Assembly (NCBI GenBank): GCA_051294375.1
Contig: CM119264.1
Location: 10,124,175-10,188,174, forward strand
Direction: 5' to 3'
Source of the DNA: Paraspadella gotoi
Lineage: Eukaryota; Animalia; Chaetognatha
Length of the DNA stretch: 64,000 nt
Shown here: piece by piece, positions 39,101 to 53,960 of the stretch
How positions within the stretch are numbered: position 1 is the stretch's first letter
Layout of the letters: every line of letters starts with the position of its first letter
The notes under the pieces: generated by a model
Database searches by the model: none
Told to the model about the DNA's origin: nothing
Seen by the model: the letters and a program-made list of their open reading frames with translations, nothing else
Position numbers and translations under genes: made by a program

Positions 39101-39303
39101 GAAATATTATAAAAACATTAAATATTAATTTTTTTTTNNNNNNNNNNNNNNNNNNNNNNNNNNNNNNNNNNNNNNNNNNNNNNNNNNNNNNNNNNNNNNN
39201 NNNNNNNNNNNNNNNNNNNNNNNNNNNNNNNNNNNNNNNNNNNNNNNNNNNNNNNNNNNNNNNNNNNNNNNNNNNNNNNNNNNNNNNNNNNNNNNNNNNN
39301 NNN

Positions 39304-39336
<33 letters not shown>

Positions 39337-39641
39337 GACCGATGGTCAGGAGGTCGTCTCTCGAATTTCCGAATGATTGAGGCAAAACTCGCTCCGCGTT
39401 CCTGGTTCATTGAATTTCCAATTTCTCAGGCTGAGGATATTTTTATTGAAACCGCTCTCGTGGGAAGAGTTTGAGGAAGAAAGAGGCGCCATTTTATTTG
39501 GAGAGAAATTGTTGGGTAGCTTTAGTTTTATTTGATATCTTGGGAAACAACGATTTGTTTTTTTTTTATTTTTTTGTTTTTTTTTAGGCTAAGGCCATAT
39601 GGTCATTAATGGTCCCTTGAATTCGTTGTTATCAGGGTTAT

Positions 39642-39708
39642 AGGAGACCCAACGAACATTGAACAGGAGACATTGAACATTGAACAGGAGACCCAACGAA
39701 CATTGAAC
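39642..39708. repeat. Three-copy 21-23 bp tandem repeat
   Basis: aggagacccaacgaacattgaac / aggagacattgaacattgaac / aggagacccaacgaacattgaac. Confidence 0.85.
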
Positions 39709-40591
39709 TCGACTCCGGATCCCAGGATTTTGGGTTCATCACCTTTGGAAGATTTTGTCGTCACTATTGTCGTCGTCGTCATCCTCATTGTCGTCGTCGT
39801 CGTCGTCCTCGAATGGTCGTCATCACAAATTGACCAAAAGTTTCAGGAAATGTCTCTGCAAGAAGAAAAAAAAAGGAACGTCACTGATGACGGGTGGGCG
39901 AGAACAAGATGTTAGACCATTAAATGGATAAAAAGGAGAATGGAGAAGAAAAGGGAAAAAAAAAGAAAGAAAGAAAAAAAAGAAGAAAAACGGTAAAAAC
40001 TGGAGAGATAAAAGGAAAGCGGGATGGAATGGAGAATATCTAATGACAGCGGGCTTAAAGAGGGGAGCGAAAGAATCTCCATTTATGATTAGGGAAAGAC
40101 AATAAAAGAGGGGATGGATGGGATATGGAGAGAGAGAGAGAGAGAAGAGAAGAGAGAGAGAGGGAGAGAGAGAAAGAGAAAGAGAGAGAGAGAGAGAGAG
40201 AGAACAAAAGGACTGATATTCAGACAGAAAGGGAAACAGGGACAGGGAGACAGACAGACCGAGAGAGAGAATAAGAGAGAGACGAGACCTTAGTTAAAGA
40301 TGGGAAAGAAGAGTTGAGAGAGACCGACTCTTCGCGATACCTCGCGAGGCAATGAGGCGAGGGAGAAAAAAAAACTGAGAAACTTTCAGTTGACCCTTAA
40401 GCCTTATCAGGTCAAGCGCTGGATACCATCTTGGTGTGGGAAAAACAGAGAAGAGGGTGAAACTTTTTTGTCTTTCGCTCTCTCTCCTTGTGCCTCTCTG
40501 TCGCTCGCTCTCTCTCTCTCTCTCCCAAAATCTCTTTCACAACTGCTGAAGATCAGGTCAGGTGAAAGATCGCAACAGCTCAAGATAAATT

Positions 40592-40734
<143 letters not shown>

Positions 40735-43700
40735 CTGGGTGACTCTCGATCATAATCAACTTTTCAAACCAATGAATCTACATATTTGGGATGTACTGAG
40801 GAATCTCAATATCATTCTTGTCGAGCAAATGTCCGATGCGGCTCTTCTGCGCCACCGAAGCGCCACATCAGTTCCACGCCAGGTCAACACCGGCACCTCG
40901 CAATACCCAGTAAAGCGCCAAGCCAGCGCCACTCCAACGCACACTTTCTTTGCTCCGATTCATATGTTTTTCTCGTCGAACATTAAAAGTCTGACGAAGT
41001 CGCGAAGACTCCGACGAAGCGAACGCGACAAACGTCGTCGTCGTCGTCGTCGTCGTCGTCGTTTTCGTCGTCGTCCCGCCATTATAAAAATCAACGAGCA
41101 TCCGTGGAGCGAGTGGGATGGGGGTTAGCGACGTGAAAGTACATTCCCATATGTTGAGAAAGAGTCTTTGATTGGCAGCTTTCAATGAGACGATAGGAAA
41201 ATCGACAATAAATCTAGTCAGCTGTGAATAATTTCAAATCCTTTTTCATCGGTTTCCTTTAATAAAATACGTAGAATTCCGCTAATAATATTATCACGTG
41301 CAGAAAATGCAGATAATTTCGAAATTATTGTATAACCAAATGCAAATTTTAAAATTTCAAATTGCATCTCTTGGTAATTAAATCTCAGTTATTTCGCATT
41401 GACTCTTAAGAAAGCCAAAAGGCTAATCCGTTTTTAAAAAAGCGAATCTTTTTTCACAATTCATATTCTTTAAAAAAAAATGGCGTAAAAAGGCAATTCA
41501 CGGATTCAACATCTACCCCCCCTCCTCTACAAAAAAAAATGGGAAAAAAGGACTTCGATGTTTTTTTATGTAAATTGAAGTTTTTCGAAGTGGAAAACTT
41601 TTTTATTGAAGCATTAGGATATTCATGAAATAGTCTTTGCGAGAAATCGTCGGAAAAAATCCGCTTTTTGAAAGAAAAAAATTTCTCGTTCTCTCGCTCG
41701 TACTCTTTCTCACTTTTTCTGTTTCAGCTTTTGTCTCCCTCTCTCTCTCGTCCTTCACCTTCCACATCCCACATCTGCAGAGAGAGCGTTCTTTTTTTTT
41801 CTTTGTTCAGAGAAAAGAAACGAAACGAAGTGAAGCCAAAAACCAGAGACAAAAAACAGAATTCCGTGATTTGAATCGAGTTCACGATTCTCGTGAAAGC
41901 CAAATCTCACTTTTATTTCGGAAGCCAAATGAAGTAGCGTATTTTATTATTCAAAAACCCTGGTTATTGGGTACAGAATTTAGTCGAACTATTTTTAAAC
42001 TATTAAAACTCTTAATTATTATGACAAGAGAGTTACATTTTGAGGAAAAGGATTACATCCAAAATGGACCTGACATAAAAAGATAAGAATGTATTTACTT
42101 CTTTTGTCAAAACTTTTAACAATTAACATTTAACATTATCTAAAAAATTTGGAGATATAATTTTAACCATCAGGGAAGATGTGAGACTATTTTTTATAAT
42201 CTTTCTCTCTGGCTCCGGGTTTCTTCTCTTTTATTTCTCTGAGAAAAAATCATTTGTTCCCAAAGTCAAATGGAATCTGGAAATCTTGGAAACAAAAAAA
42301 ATACATGTTAGGCGACCAAGAAATGGCTCGAATACAGATGTGATTTTAACAGCTTTTTTTCTTGATTTTTTTGTAATTTATATTTTACTTTATCAACTTT
42401 TCTCTCTCTCTCTCNNNNNNNNNNNNNNNNNNNNNNNNNNNNNNNNNNNNNNNNNNNNNNNNNNNNNNNNNNNNNNNNNNNNNNNNNNNNNNNNNNNNNN
42501 NNNNNNNNNNNNNNNNNNNNNNNNNNNNNNNNNNNNNNNNNNNNNNNNNNNNNNNNNNNNNNNNNNNNNNNNNNNNNNNNNNNNNNNNNNNNNNNNNNNN
42601 NNNNNNNNNNNNNNNNNNNNNNNNNNNNNNNNNNNNNNNNNNNNNNNNNNNNNNNNNNNNNNNNNNNNNNNNNNNNNNNNNNNNNNNNNNNNNNNNNNNN
42701 NNNNNNNNNNNNNNNNNNNNNNNNNNNNNNNNNNNNNNNNNNNNNNNNNTCTCTCTCTCTCTCTCTCTTTTTCTGAATTTTTGTTTTTCTATTTTCCCTT
42801 TATTATCGCACTTAGTCTTTATTTTTTCCCCTTNNNNNNNNNNNNNNNNNNNNNNNNNNNNNNNNNNNNNNNNNNNNNNNNNNNNNNNNNNNNNNNNNNN
42901 NNNNNNNNNNNNNNNNNNNNNNNNNNNNNNNNNNNNNNNNNNNNNNNNNNNNNNNNNNNNNNNNNNNNNNNNNNNNNNNNNNNNNNNNNNNNNNNNNNNN
43001 NNNNNNNNNNNNNNNNNNNNNNNNNNNNNNNNNNNNNNNNNNNNNNNNNNNNNNNNNNNNNNNNNNNNNNNNNNNNNNNNNNNNNNNNNNNNNNNNNNNN
43101 NNNAAAGTTTTAGAGCGTTTAAGTGGGCGTTAGCGCCAAGTTATCTTTTATAACCGAGAAACCATAGGGATTATTAAATTATTTTAATTTTTAACGTTTT
43201 AAAAAATAAAAAGAGTGGAACAAAAAAATATGAAAAATTACTTCGTGCTTAAATTTGTTTTCTTCAAAATATTTCTGAAGCAATTCAGTCATGAAACTTT
43301 TTAATTTATACAATTTTACGTTAAAATTTTGCCTAAACTATCCAAGAGATACATTGTTTTTAGAATCATGACAATTTCATGAAACAAGTTTGCAAAACTT
43401 TGTATAAAAGAGCGATAAGGAGTATTCCTCATATCTCTGATTGGCGTCGAGCGGTTATGACCCATAACTGCCGCGATTCCAGCAGATTCTGCCGATAGAG
43501 CGGCGCCACCAGACCATTGAGGAAATCGTCCAGATCTCTAGAGACCGGGAGAGACAAAGAGAGATAGATAACGAGANNNNNNNNNNNNNNNNNNNNNNNN
43601 NNNNNNNNNNNNNNNNNNNNNNNNNNNNNNNNNNNNNNNNNNNNNNNNNNNNNNNNNNNNNNNNNNNNNNNNNNNNNNNNNNNNNNNNNNNNNNNNNNNN

Positions 43701-46495
43701 NNNNNNNNNNNNNNNNNNNNNNNNNNNNNNNNNNNNNNNNNNNNNNNNNNNNNNCGAAAGAAAGTCTGTGTGTGCATGTGTGAAGCTGTTTGTACGTGTA
43801 TCAGAGAAATAGAGATTCAAGAGAAGATAGAAGAAGCAAAGAAAAAACCTGATAAAATTTTAATAGAGACAATAAGGAAATTCATTTTGTATGCAAAAAT
43901 TCGGCAAAACTTGTTGAGATTGAGAAAGCGAGTAAGAGAAAAAGAATAAATAGAGAAAGGTGGGACTTGGGGAAAGAAATCTGTAAAAATAAGACAGAGA
44001 AAATGAGAAAATTCAATTTTGCATATGGAAATTCAGCGAGCGNNNNNNNNNNNNNNNNNNNNNNNNNNNNNNNNNNNNNNNNNNNNNNNNNNNNNNNNNN
44101 NNNNNNNNNNNNNNNNNNNNNNNNNNNNNNNNNNNNNNNNNNNNNNNNNNNNNNNNNNNNNNNNNNNNNNNNNNNNNNNNNNNNNNNNNNNNNNNNNNNN
44201 NNNNNNNNNNNNNNNNNNNNNNNNNNNNNNNNNNNNNNNNNNNNNNNNNNNNNNNNNNNNNNNNNNNNNNNNNNNNNNNNNNNNNNNNNNNNNNNNNNNN
44301 NNNNNNNNNNNNNNNNNNNNNNNNNNNNNNNNNNNNNNNNNNNTCCGAACGATGAAAAAAAGGGAAAAATTTGCATGTGATTATGAAAAGGTTGACGGAG
44401 CCTGACGGAAACCTCGTGGGCTGACAAGGCCTGCTTAGTGCTGAGGCCTCATCGACATTAGTTTCCCCCCCTTTTTTTTTTTAAACCCCGCCCGACTTTT
44501 TTGCCGATTAATACCAAAAGAACCCAAGTTTTTATTAGATTTATATCGAAATTCCCTTTTTAATTCTAATAATCAAATAAGTTGTCGGGTAATTTTATTT
44601 TATACAGAAATCTTTCACATTCTTCGTCGTAGTTTTATCTTCGAGGTACTCATATNNNNNNNNNNNNNNNNNNNNNNNNNNNNNNNNNNNNNNNNNNNNN
44701 NNNNNNNNNNNNNNNNNNNNNNNNNNNNNNNNNNNNNNNNNNNNNNNNNNNNNNNNNNNNNNNNNNNNNNNNNNNNNNNNNNNNNNNNNNNNNNNNNNNN
44801 NNNNNNNNNNNNNNNNNNNNNNNNNNNNNNNNNNNNNTTTTTTTTCCTTATTAAAGGATTATCTAAATTGATTACATTTGATTCAACTAAATTTATAAAC
44901 TTCAATCCCCTTCAGTTCCGCTTTCTCCGCCCACAGTATTTCAGGCTATCTCTCTCTCTGTCTCTCTCCTGCTTTTCCCTTATCCGANNNNNNNNNNNNN
45001 NNNNNNNNNNNNNNNNNNNNNNNNNNNNNNNNNNNNNNNNNNNNNNNNNNNNNNNNNNNNNNNNNNNNNNNNNNNNNNNNNNNNNNNNNNNNNNNNNNNN
45101 NNNNNNNNNNNNNNNNNNNNNNNNNNNNNNNNNNNNNNNNNNNNNNNNNNNNNNNNNNNNNNNNNNNNNNNNNNNNNNNNNNNNNNNNNNNNNNNNNNNN
45201 NNNNNNNNNNNNNNNNNNNNNNNNNNNNNNNNGTGATGGAACCGAACTCCGTCGAGGATCGAGCAAATGGAACGCTCGCGTCGCGAACGCGGATCCAGGG
45301 AATCGCGAGGCCGGTGACGCCGGCTCGGCTCCGGAAATTAAAAGCGTCGTCCCAAGGAAGGGAATCGCGAGATTAAAATTCGAGCTTCGCGACTCTTTTC
45401 TGGAAATATAAAAAGTCGATGTTGCCAACTGGGGGATCAACAGATGGATTGATCATTATTTTGAGAGAAGATAAATATTTTAATTGCTAATACTGAATTT
45501 ATTTTTCGCCAGCGTACTGCTTAACTTATTGTTTATTGTTTATAAAGGTTTAAAATTTTACTAGTTACCGAAGTTTCTGCGAAAGTATTTTTATTGTTAC
45601 ATGCAGAGTTCTTTAACTCCGGTTCCGTCTTGGTTGACAGCAAGATGAAAGCTGGAGTAAAACCCGGGACCCACTGTCGGTTATCGCCAATTTACCGACT
45701 TAATAATTCGATGGCGTTTATAGAACTCCGCCACTGAGTCTCCTTCAAATTGCAAATCTCATAAGGAAATAAAGAACAAAGACATTTCAGTCGCCGCCGA
45801 TCGGAAAATCATTGAATCATGAATGAACACGATCGACGATGAATAGACAATGAATCAATGATATCTCATCTCAAGTTGGGAATACGACGACATATGATTA
45901 TTGATTGAAGATATTAAAACAATGACACGAGAGGGATAGAAAATTTTTATCACGAAATCATGAGTCACGACATGATTACTTCCCTCGTTTTTTAAAAACC
46001 TCACTTGACAAAAGATCGGAATCTCCTTCGGAAAACCAAAATCGTCAAAACAAAATTCGATAAAACGATTCGATTCCTCTTTTTTATTATCAACAAATAG
46101 GAAATAAAGATTAAAAAAAAAAGAATTGAATCCGTCTTGCCGATTCTTCGTCTTCGTTGTGGTCGTCGTCGTCGTCCCCTCCATTTTTTTTCCTCTCCAG
46201 TTCGCTCCACCCGCGACAATTAATCATGTTCCAGTTCTCTCGATTGTTTCCCTCTTCATGTCTCCTTCTCCCTCTCGTTTTTACTTCCTTCTCTACGTTT
46301 TTTTTTCCTTCTTAACTTTCCTCCCTTCCCGCTATGAGTTGCCTTTTTTTTCTCTTCTTCCACCTTTCTTGGCTTATCTTGCTGCAGCTCTCTCTCTCTC
46401 TCTCCACTTTTTCTCTTTCCATTTTTTCTTCCTTTCCTCATTCATTCCTNNNNNNNNNNNNNNNNNNNNNNNNNCGTTCCTTCCATTTCCTTCAA

Positions 46496-46566
<71 letters not shown>

Positions 46567-47916
46567 TTCTTTCTCTCTTCTCCTCTCTCTCTCTCTCTTT
46601 CTCTCTCTCTTCTCTCCTCCTCTCATCTCTACTCTCCTATCACCTGGTGGCGCTGCTCATTCTCTCTCTTTTCCCCCCATTTGATCCCCTTTCTTTCAAT
46701 CTCCCCAGCTCCTGTTTTGATCTTTTATCTCTTACAACTTTTTCTGACTTTTCAATCAGGCAGAAATGAAATATCGAGGCGAATCAAAGTCAGTCATAAG
46801 CCCGGGGCCACCGAATATATGTTGCGTGCCGCCGCCGCCCGACGTCGTCCCGAGGAAAGAGAAACCCGAGTGGGGAGGGGAGGGCTGGACGAGTGGGGCG
46901 GGAAGGTGGTTCGGTGACGTGGAAGGGGTTGACCGGGATTTTTGACGAGTAAATTCGGTGGAAATTGGAAAAACAAAAGAGAGGAAAGGGGAAATGTTAC
47001 TGAGGAAGAAGGAAAGTCAGGCGAGTAGTGTTTGGGGACATGACTGTAAAAATTTTATCGATGAGAGGGAAAAAATAAATTGGGCGGGAATCGGTTGGCA
47101 AAGGAAAGATTGCAGGAGGGTAAGCGAGACGCTGTTGGCTCCAGAGGTCCGGGGTAAGGGTTTCCGCGGCTCGCGAGATTTCGGGGTGAGGCACGCCGAA
47201 GCCCTGGAGGTTTGGGGGTAAGGGGCGCCGTATGTTCTCCGAGCGACGGGAATCGGGGTCAAAGGAGCGAAGACTTGAGCCGGGGATAATCTTGCGCAGT
47301 CGATTGGGACTCAAAGAAGGAGAGAGTTGGAGGGAGAAGGNNNNNNNNNNNNNNNNNNNNNNNNNNNNNNNNNNNNNNNNNNNNNNNNNNNNNNNNNNNN
47401 NNNNNNNNNNNNNNNNNNNNNNNNNNNNNNNNNNNNNNNNNNNNNNNNNNNNNNNNNNNNNNNNNNNNNNNNNNNNNNNNNNNNNNNNNNNNNNNNNNNN
47501 NNNNNNNNNNNNNNNNNNNNNNNNNNNNGAGACTGAGTCGCGAGACTTAATTCCCGTCAAAAGATTGAGTCAAGCGGGACGAGAATATAATTGGCTTCGT
47601 TGGAGAAGCCGCAACTCGCCGATGTCCTCGAGGGACGAGGAGAGCGCGAATGAAAAGAACGATATTGCGCGATGGCCGGGAATAGCGAAAACGGCAATTA
47701 CGAAAATCGACCTTCAATAACGCTACATTTTGGTACAAAAAATTTATTCTTCTCTTTTAGGTTAACATCAAATTTTTGAGCAACGACGTCCCTTATCTCC
47801 TCGGGTTCTCAGTCGCCTCATTCTCAATTTCGAATCTCCTTTCACTAGGTCTTGACTTTTTCCCCGATGTATGGCAACAATGCGGAAATTTCCTCTCTCT
47901 CTCTCTCTCTCTCTCT

Positions 47917-47955
<39 letters not shown>

Positions 47956-48051
47956 CCCTCTCTCTCTCTTCGGCCGTCTGTGCGAATCTCTACTCTTGGC
48001 CCTACGATCACCTCTCTCTCTCTCTCTCTGTGCTCTCTCGTCTACTTCTCT

Positions 48052-48084
<33 letters not shown>

Positions 48085-51000
48085 CTCTCATTCCCACCAG
48101 CGAAAGCGCAGAACGGGAAACAAATACGAGAGAGATTCGCTTTTACCCACAAATTTATTCTCCATTCGAATGCCAACAAAGAAGACGACGATGGCGATGA
48201 CACGACGAGACGACGACTCTAGCCGAGGATCGCTGTATGCGATTGTACCGAGTATTAGGTTATAACGAGCAGCGAGCAGCAGCCGCTGTTCAATCTCCTC
48301 ACAGAAATAACCGAGGCTCTCTCACAATTTGTTTACTCATCACCTCGCTCGCAGAAAGTAAACATCTCATGCCAACTCTAACCGACAGTGGTAAAATTCT
48401 CAATCCATCAAGAAAAAATAAATAAGAGATTGATATGCCAATATCTGACAAAAAGAGACATTCTCATTTGACTGATCTAGAGTATCACGTTGAGAAACGT
48501 TTTTTCTTGGACGCGCACAAGCCTGTGCAAATTGTAAGCCGACGCTGGCCAAACAAACTAGACCGGAGTGCGGGTATATATAAGCCTATTCCGAAATTAA
48601 TTAAAAACTCAAAAAAATATTTGTTATGTGGAATTTGAAGTTTGGAGAATCGATTATCTTCTTGTCCACGACGGTAAAACGGCGACGACGACGTCATCAC
48701 CGACTGATGACCACATAGCGACCAACCAGCGATGACCACGATGACCCTCTAACATATTACACCACGACAAGACGGAGTGAAGCCACAAACCAAGCAGAGG
48801 ACGCAGGCTCACCACAAAGGCCACAAGCTCAAGACGATATCCACTACGCCAATTACGTGACGATCGACGACGACTGTGTAAATAACCAGAAAATATCGAA
48901 TAGATGGAGTGGGTAATAAGACGTTGAAGGACACGCGGTGCAGACACACGAAATCCTCACGTGGATACATATTGGCCGAATATCGAGAGGCAACCGAAAA
49001 TCTGTGGATCGAAATCGCTCGACGGAGCGACGACGCGACGACAGCGACGGAACAAAAAACAAAGATTCTTCGCTGATAAATATGTAAAGTTGTACTCGAA
49101 CAAAAGCTTTCCAGTATCCGATATTTTAATAAAAAAAAAAATAGTCGAAATAATAAAAATATAGAAACAAAAACGATGAAATAAAAATAATATAAAACCT
49201 ATGTTAGTTAATGCTACGTTTCGAGTAAGTATATGAAACGTTTTCGTAGATCGACAATGCCTCGCAGATCGAAAATAAGGTTTAGTCGTCCTCCTCTTCG
49301 CTCCGCAATCCTGAAGTGTGTCGCCTCCCCCGCCATTCCGCGAGCTCGAAGTCGAAATGTCCTAGAGCAGCGGCGCAGCTTGCAAAGCTGCAGCTGCGGC
49401 AGGAGATCGAGTACGAGCGTCGTCAGGCGAGTCGCCGCGTTCTGGTCTCGCCGTCGGTGTCGCAGGGCGGCTGCTCGGACGGAATGTGCCATCGGGATCT
49501 CCATGTCTGCGAGAGGTGGCGAGAAGTACTGCGTCGAGGCGACAAATGCTCTGCGGAGGACGCCTGCTGCGACGCAGGAAGTGGTGGGGAGAAAGAGATG
49601 CACGATCGGAAGGAAATGCGGTAAACGCTGGCGACACGGAAGAGCGCTGTGAGAAGGGAAATTGCTTGCGATGCAGAGGAGGCGTCGGATGAAGCGCGAG
49701 ACAACTGCTGTGATCGGAAGGAAAACATTATATATATCTAAACTAATTAACTAATAAACAATTAGACGAATTCCCCTCGATCTCCGCAGCGAAGAAGCCG
49801 AAGCACGAAGTCCCATCAGCTCGTTTCGAGAAACTGGTTGATCGACTCCGTGAATCGGATGGCGCTCTTAGCCCGGCTCTCGGATCGCTCCTCGAGACTC
49901 ACTCTGCAGCTTCTTTGTGATAGATCGAGTTCTTTCGCGTTCAGTTCTAACCGAACCAGCAACTTGACTGTGCCAGAATATTTTCATTATGTGGCAACAT
50001 CACTTCCCCACTTGATCCCCACCCGCCAGAGTCCTCAGCCCACCGCTGGTGCGCCTAGAACGGAATTCATCACAAGCGGTCTTGGCGGTTCGCGTCCCCC
50101 TGGTGTCGATGCTAGTAGTGGACGGAGTCTACACCTGTAGTGGGCGGAATACAGTCTGATCCGAATTCTGAAACTAGCAAATAACATATCGGTAATTATG
50201 TCATGTTGTGTGGCGCTAAAAAATTACATATTATTTTCTTGGATGTATGCGTAATTATTTTTAAATCGTGTAATAATTAAAGACAACGAGCCCTATTTAA
50301 CTGTTTCTTCTTCATTTGAGCTGCCGTCATTAGAATTTTCTTAACAAAATAATATCGATTTCATACATCTGTTAACAAGTAAGGATGTTCAGATATTATT
50401 TTTAACGAAAAGAGTCATCGTTTTGCACATCATGTGTAACTATGGAACTCAAAAATTCCAGGCACTTTTTTTCAATGTTTATGTGTATTATTACCATAGC
50501 CATTCGGGCTTAATCTAACTTCTAAATCTGCCTTTTTTTGTATGTGCTGCGATTCGATTCCAACATTACAAATCATAGTATGAAATAGTGACATGTGGAG
50601 TTATTTATTTATGATATATTACTTTGACAGCATCTTTGCATTTTATGGACAATATGTTAATTATGATTAATAGGTTTTTCTTTTTAAAGTATCTGTATCT
50701 GTTCTATTCAATATCAAAACGAATTAGATGTAAAATACATTGTACGTATGTTTAACATTAGGAAAACGGGCCATTATTATTGATCCTACCAGTACATAAT
50801 TGACCAGCATTCCAGAGAGCACGTCAAAAGTAGGTTTTTCTATTTAGTGTATGTACGCATTTTATAAAATGAAAATTCAAAGCAATTACAATTCATTGTA
50901 TTCGGCCAGATTTAATAGACATTTTTTCAACGATTCAGTCCTCAAACGTTTGATATTTTTAATGAAGAAAATGCGGTGGGCGTGTCTCTCGAAGACGTCG

Positions 51001-52503
51001 CCGCTGCCGGTCGACCCGCGGCTTCGTCGACCTGCTCGTGCAAGCGCTACTGCTCAGGACCAACGCACAGAGATGTCCGAGACTCCACGACGACCGTCCC
51101 TTGGGCGAGATCACCGTTTGAATTTAGCATCGCAAGCCTTCGGATTTTTTGGCCGCTCGGAGGCGTCCGAACGGGCTCCCATCCGGATGCCAGAGTTCCG
51201 CCATCTTGCGCGCTTCGCGCCGCCTACGCCGCCGATCGCGCCGACGCCGCTGATTTCCGCTGCGGGAAACTAAAGCTCGCGTACTCATACATAATTGTGC
51301 GTATCGCTCGTCCTTTCGAATTTCCAGACAGGGATTGGTACGCTACGAGCCGTCGTCGTTCGCTAACTTGTCGGACGCGGCAGTGCTCCTAGTAGCTCGA
51401 CCTCGGTGGCTTAGGTTTTGGCGTCGCTGCAGAGATGTTCGAGCCGATAAATAACTACAGAAACAATTTGGTGGATCATGTAGACTTTGGAGTTTCCGCT
51501 ACTCAATGTGCAACTAGTTAATTAATTCAAAGTTTTTTAAAAAAAAAAAAAAATAAAAAAAAAATTTGAAATTCCTTCAGAAACCTTTTTCGCGTCTTAA
51601 TCATTCGCATCCCTCTTCGATCAGAAACGCCGTTGAAGTCGGCTCGTCGTCGTCGTTTGTCGTTGTCGTTGTCGTTTGTCGTTGTCGTTGTTCGTGCGTT
51701 CGATTTTCGCGCATCTACTGGCAATATCGAGTGAATTTTTTCCGAAGACGAAACAAAGTGAGCAATGCCGACTCCCCGATAAGAGAATAACCCGCAACCA
51801 CCCTGTGTTAGAGTTGGAATAAACTAAAACTAACGTTCTAAAACCTATTATAAATTCCCTTTATTTTAGTTTTAATGTCCATTATTGATACCTAGTGTCT
51901 CCTCCGGGTCAAAGAACCTTAAGTATGTTCTCATGCTCATCTGTTCCCTGTGACCTCTNNNNNNNNNNNNNNNNNNNNNNNNNCGTCGTCGTCATTAACT
52001 GACTTCGCGGTTCCACCCATCATTTAGCAATCAACGCCGACGCATCGTTCTTCTTTTCACTCGCGCCTTTAGTCTTTTCTCGCCTCCTTTAGTATTTACC
52101 ATTTGACAATCGATCTCCCGAAGAATCTTCGTTCTTCGTCTGCTTTCTTTCGCAACTGATCCCCCCCTGTTTACTTTCTCTCATCCCCCCTCTTTCTCTC
52201 TCTATCTCTCTTCCTCTCTGCTTGCTCTGTTTACTAGGCATTCTCTCTGATCTCCACACTCACCCCTTCGCATGCCCCATCCACTGCGCCGCCGTCTTTT
52301 CCGCGAACGATCGAGCGAATGATTTTGAATAGCGCCGCCTCCGCAGCCGCCGCCGCCGCCGCCGCCGCCGCCTCTGACGATTATGGAAATGATTGTTTCG
52401 TGGGAGCAAAGTCTGCCGTTTGCGGCACAAGGCTTGAGGCGATCTATCATTACACCACCAACACCATCTCCCCTCTTCTTCAATAGTAGCGAGAATAATC
52501 TCT

Positions 52504-52546
<43 letters not shown>

Positions 52547-53479
52547 TCTCTCCCACTTCTTTTCTTTGATATTCTCCTGCTATTCTGTCTCTCTCACTTT
52601 GATCTGAGCTTTCCTTAGTCAGAATCTTCTAACCCTCCACTTTTTTTTCCTTCTAACGCTCACTCTCTCTCACTCTGCTTCTCTTTTTGTATCCCTTTCC
52701 CCGTGGCTTTCCATCCCTATCTCATTCACTCTATTGCTGTATATAAAAAAATATAAAATTCTAAGCAGAAGACGATGTAGAAAACAAGTTTTATTTTTTT
52801 TCATCATCGGAAGACATAAAGTNNNNNNNNNNNNNNNNNNNNNNNNNNNNNNNNNNNNNNNNNNNNNNNNNNNNNNNNNNNNNNNNNNNNNNNNNNNNNN
52901 NNNNNNNNNNNNNNNNNNNNNNNNNNNNNNNNNNNNNNNNNNNNNNNNNNNNNNNNNNNNNNNNNNNNNNNNNNNNNNNNNNNNNNNNNNNNNNNNNNNN
53001 NNNNNNNNNNNNNNNNNNNNNNNNNNNNNNNNNNNNNNNNNNNNNNNNNNNNNNNNNNNNNNNNNNNNNNNNNNNNNNNNNNNNNNNNNNNNNNNNNNNN
53101 NNNNNNNNNNNNNNNNNNNNNNNNNNNACTCGATTAAAGGTGGATGGATACGACATCGGTTTTAACTTGCAGCGTCACGTTTCACATCCCAATACGAGTC
53201 TCTCTCTCTCTCTCTNNNNNNNNNNNNNNNNNNNNNNNNNGAGAGGAGAGAGAAAGTAGTCGCTATTTTGCGCAGTCAATTTTCTTCCGCAGGCTTCTTC
53301 TGCCTGTCGAATGAAAATCCTCGCGAAATAAAGAAAAAATCTAGTAAACAATAAACGGTGAAGCGTCGCGTTTAATCTTTGCTTTCTTCGCCATTTTACT
53401 ACTCGATTAAAGGTGGATGATACGACATCGGTTTTTAACTTGCAAGCCGTCACGTTTCACATCCCAATACCGTAAGTCT

Positions 53480-53547
<68 letters not shown>

Positions 53548-53699
53548 CTCTTTCTTCCCTTTCTCTCTCTAAATTTAAAAAATCGAAGTGAAAGAAGATA
53601 CAAAAAAAAATATATCTATAATATTTCAAATATAGAATTTCGAATCACGGCGTTTGGTCTCCATAGACCCTTTAATTTTTTATTCCTTTTTTTATTCCT

Positions 53700-53702
53700 T
53701 TT

Positions 53703-53753
<51 letters not shown>

Positions 53754-53960
53754 TGTATTTGTTCTATTTATTTATGTTATTTTATTTATTTTATTTATTT
53801 ATTTTTTATTTTATTTATTTATTTTATTTAATTTATTTATTTATTTATTTTATTTAATTTAATTTATTTATTTATTTTTTATTTATTTATTTTATTTATT
53901 TATTTTTTATTTTATTATTTTATTTATTTATTTTATTTATATAATTTATTTTTTTTTTAT
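53700..53960. repeat. (TTTA)n/(TTTTA)n low-complexity repeat
   Basis: Direct reading of the sequence. Confidence 0.92.

Noticed and set aside
48718-48916. + strand frame ending ...DDIHYANYVTIDDD... resembling a receptor tyrosine motif
   Set aside because: No start codon, weak acceptor and no linked upstream exons. Kept only as part of the unexplained block.
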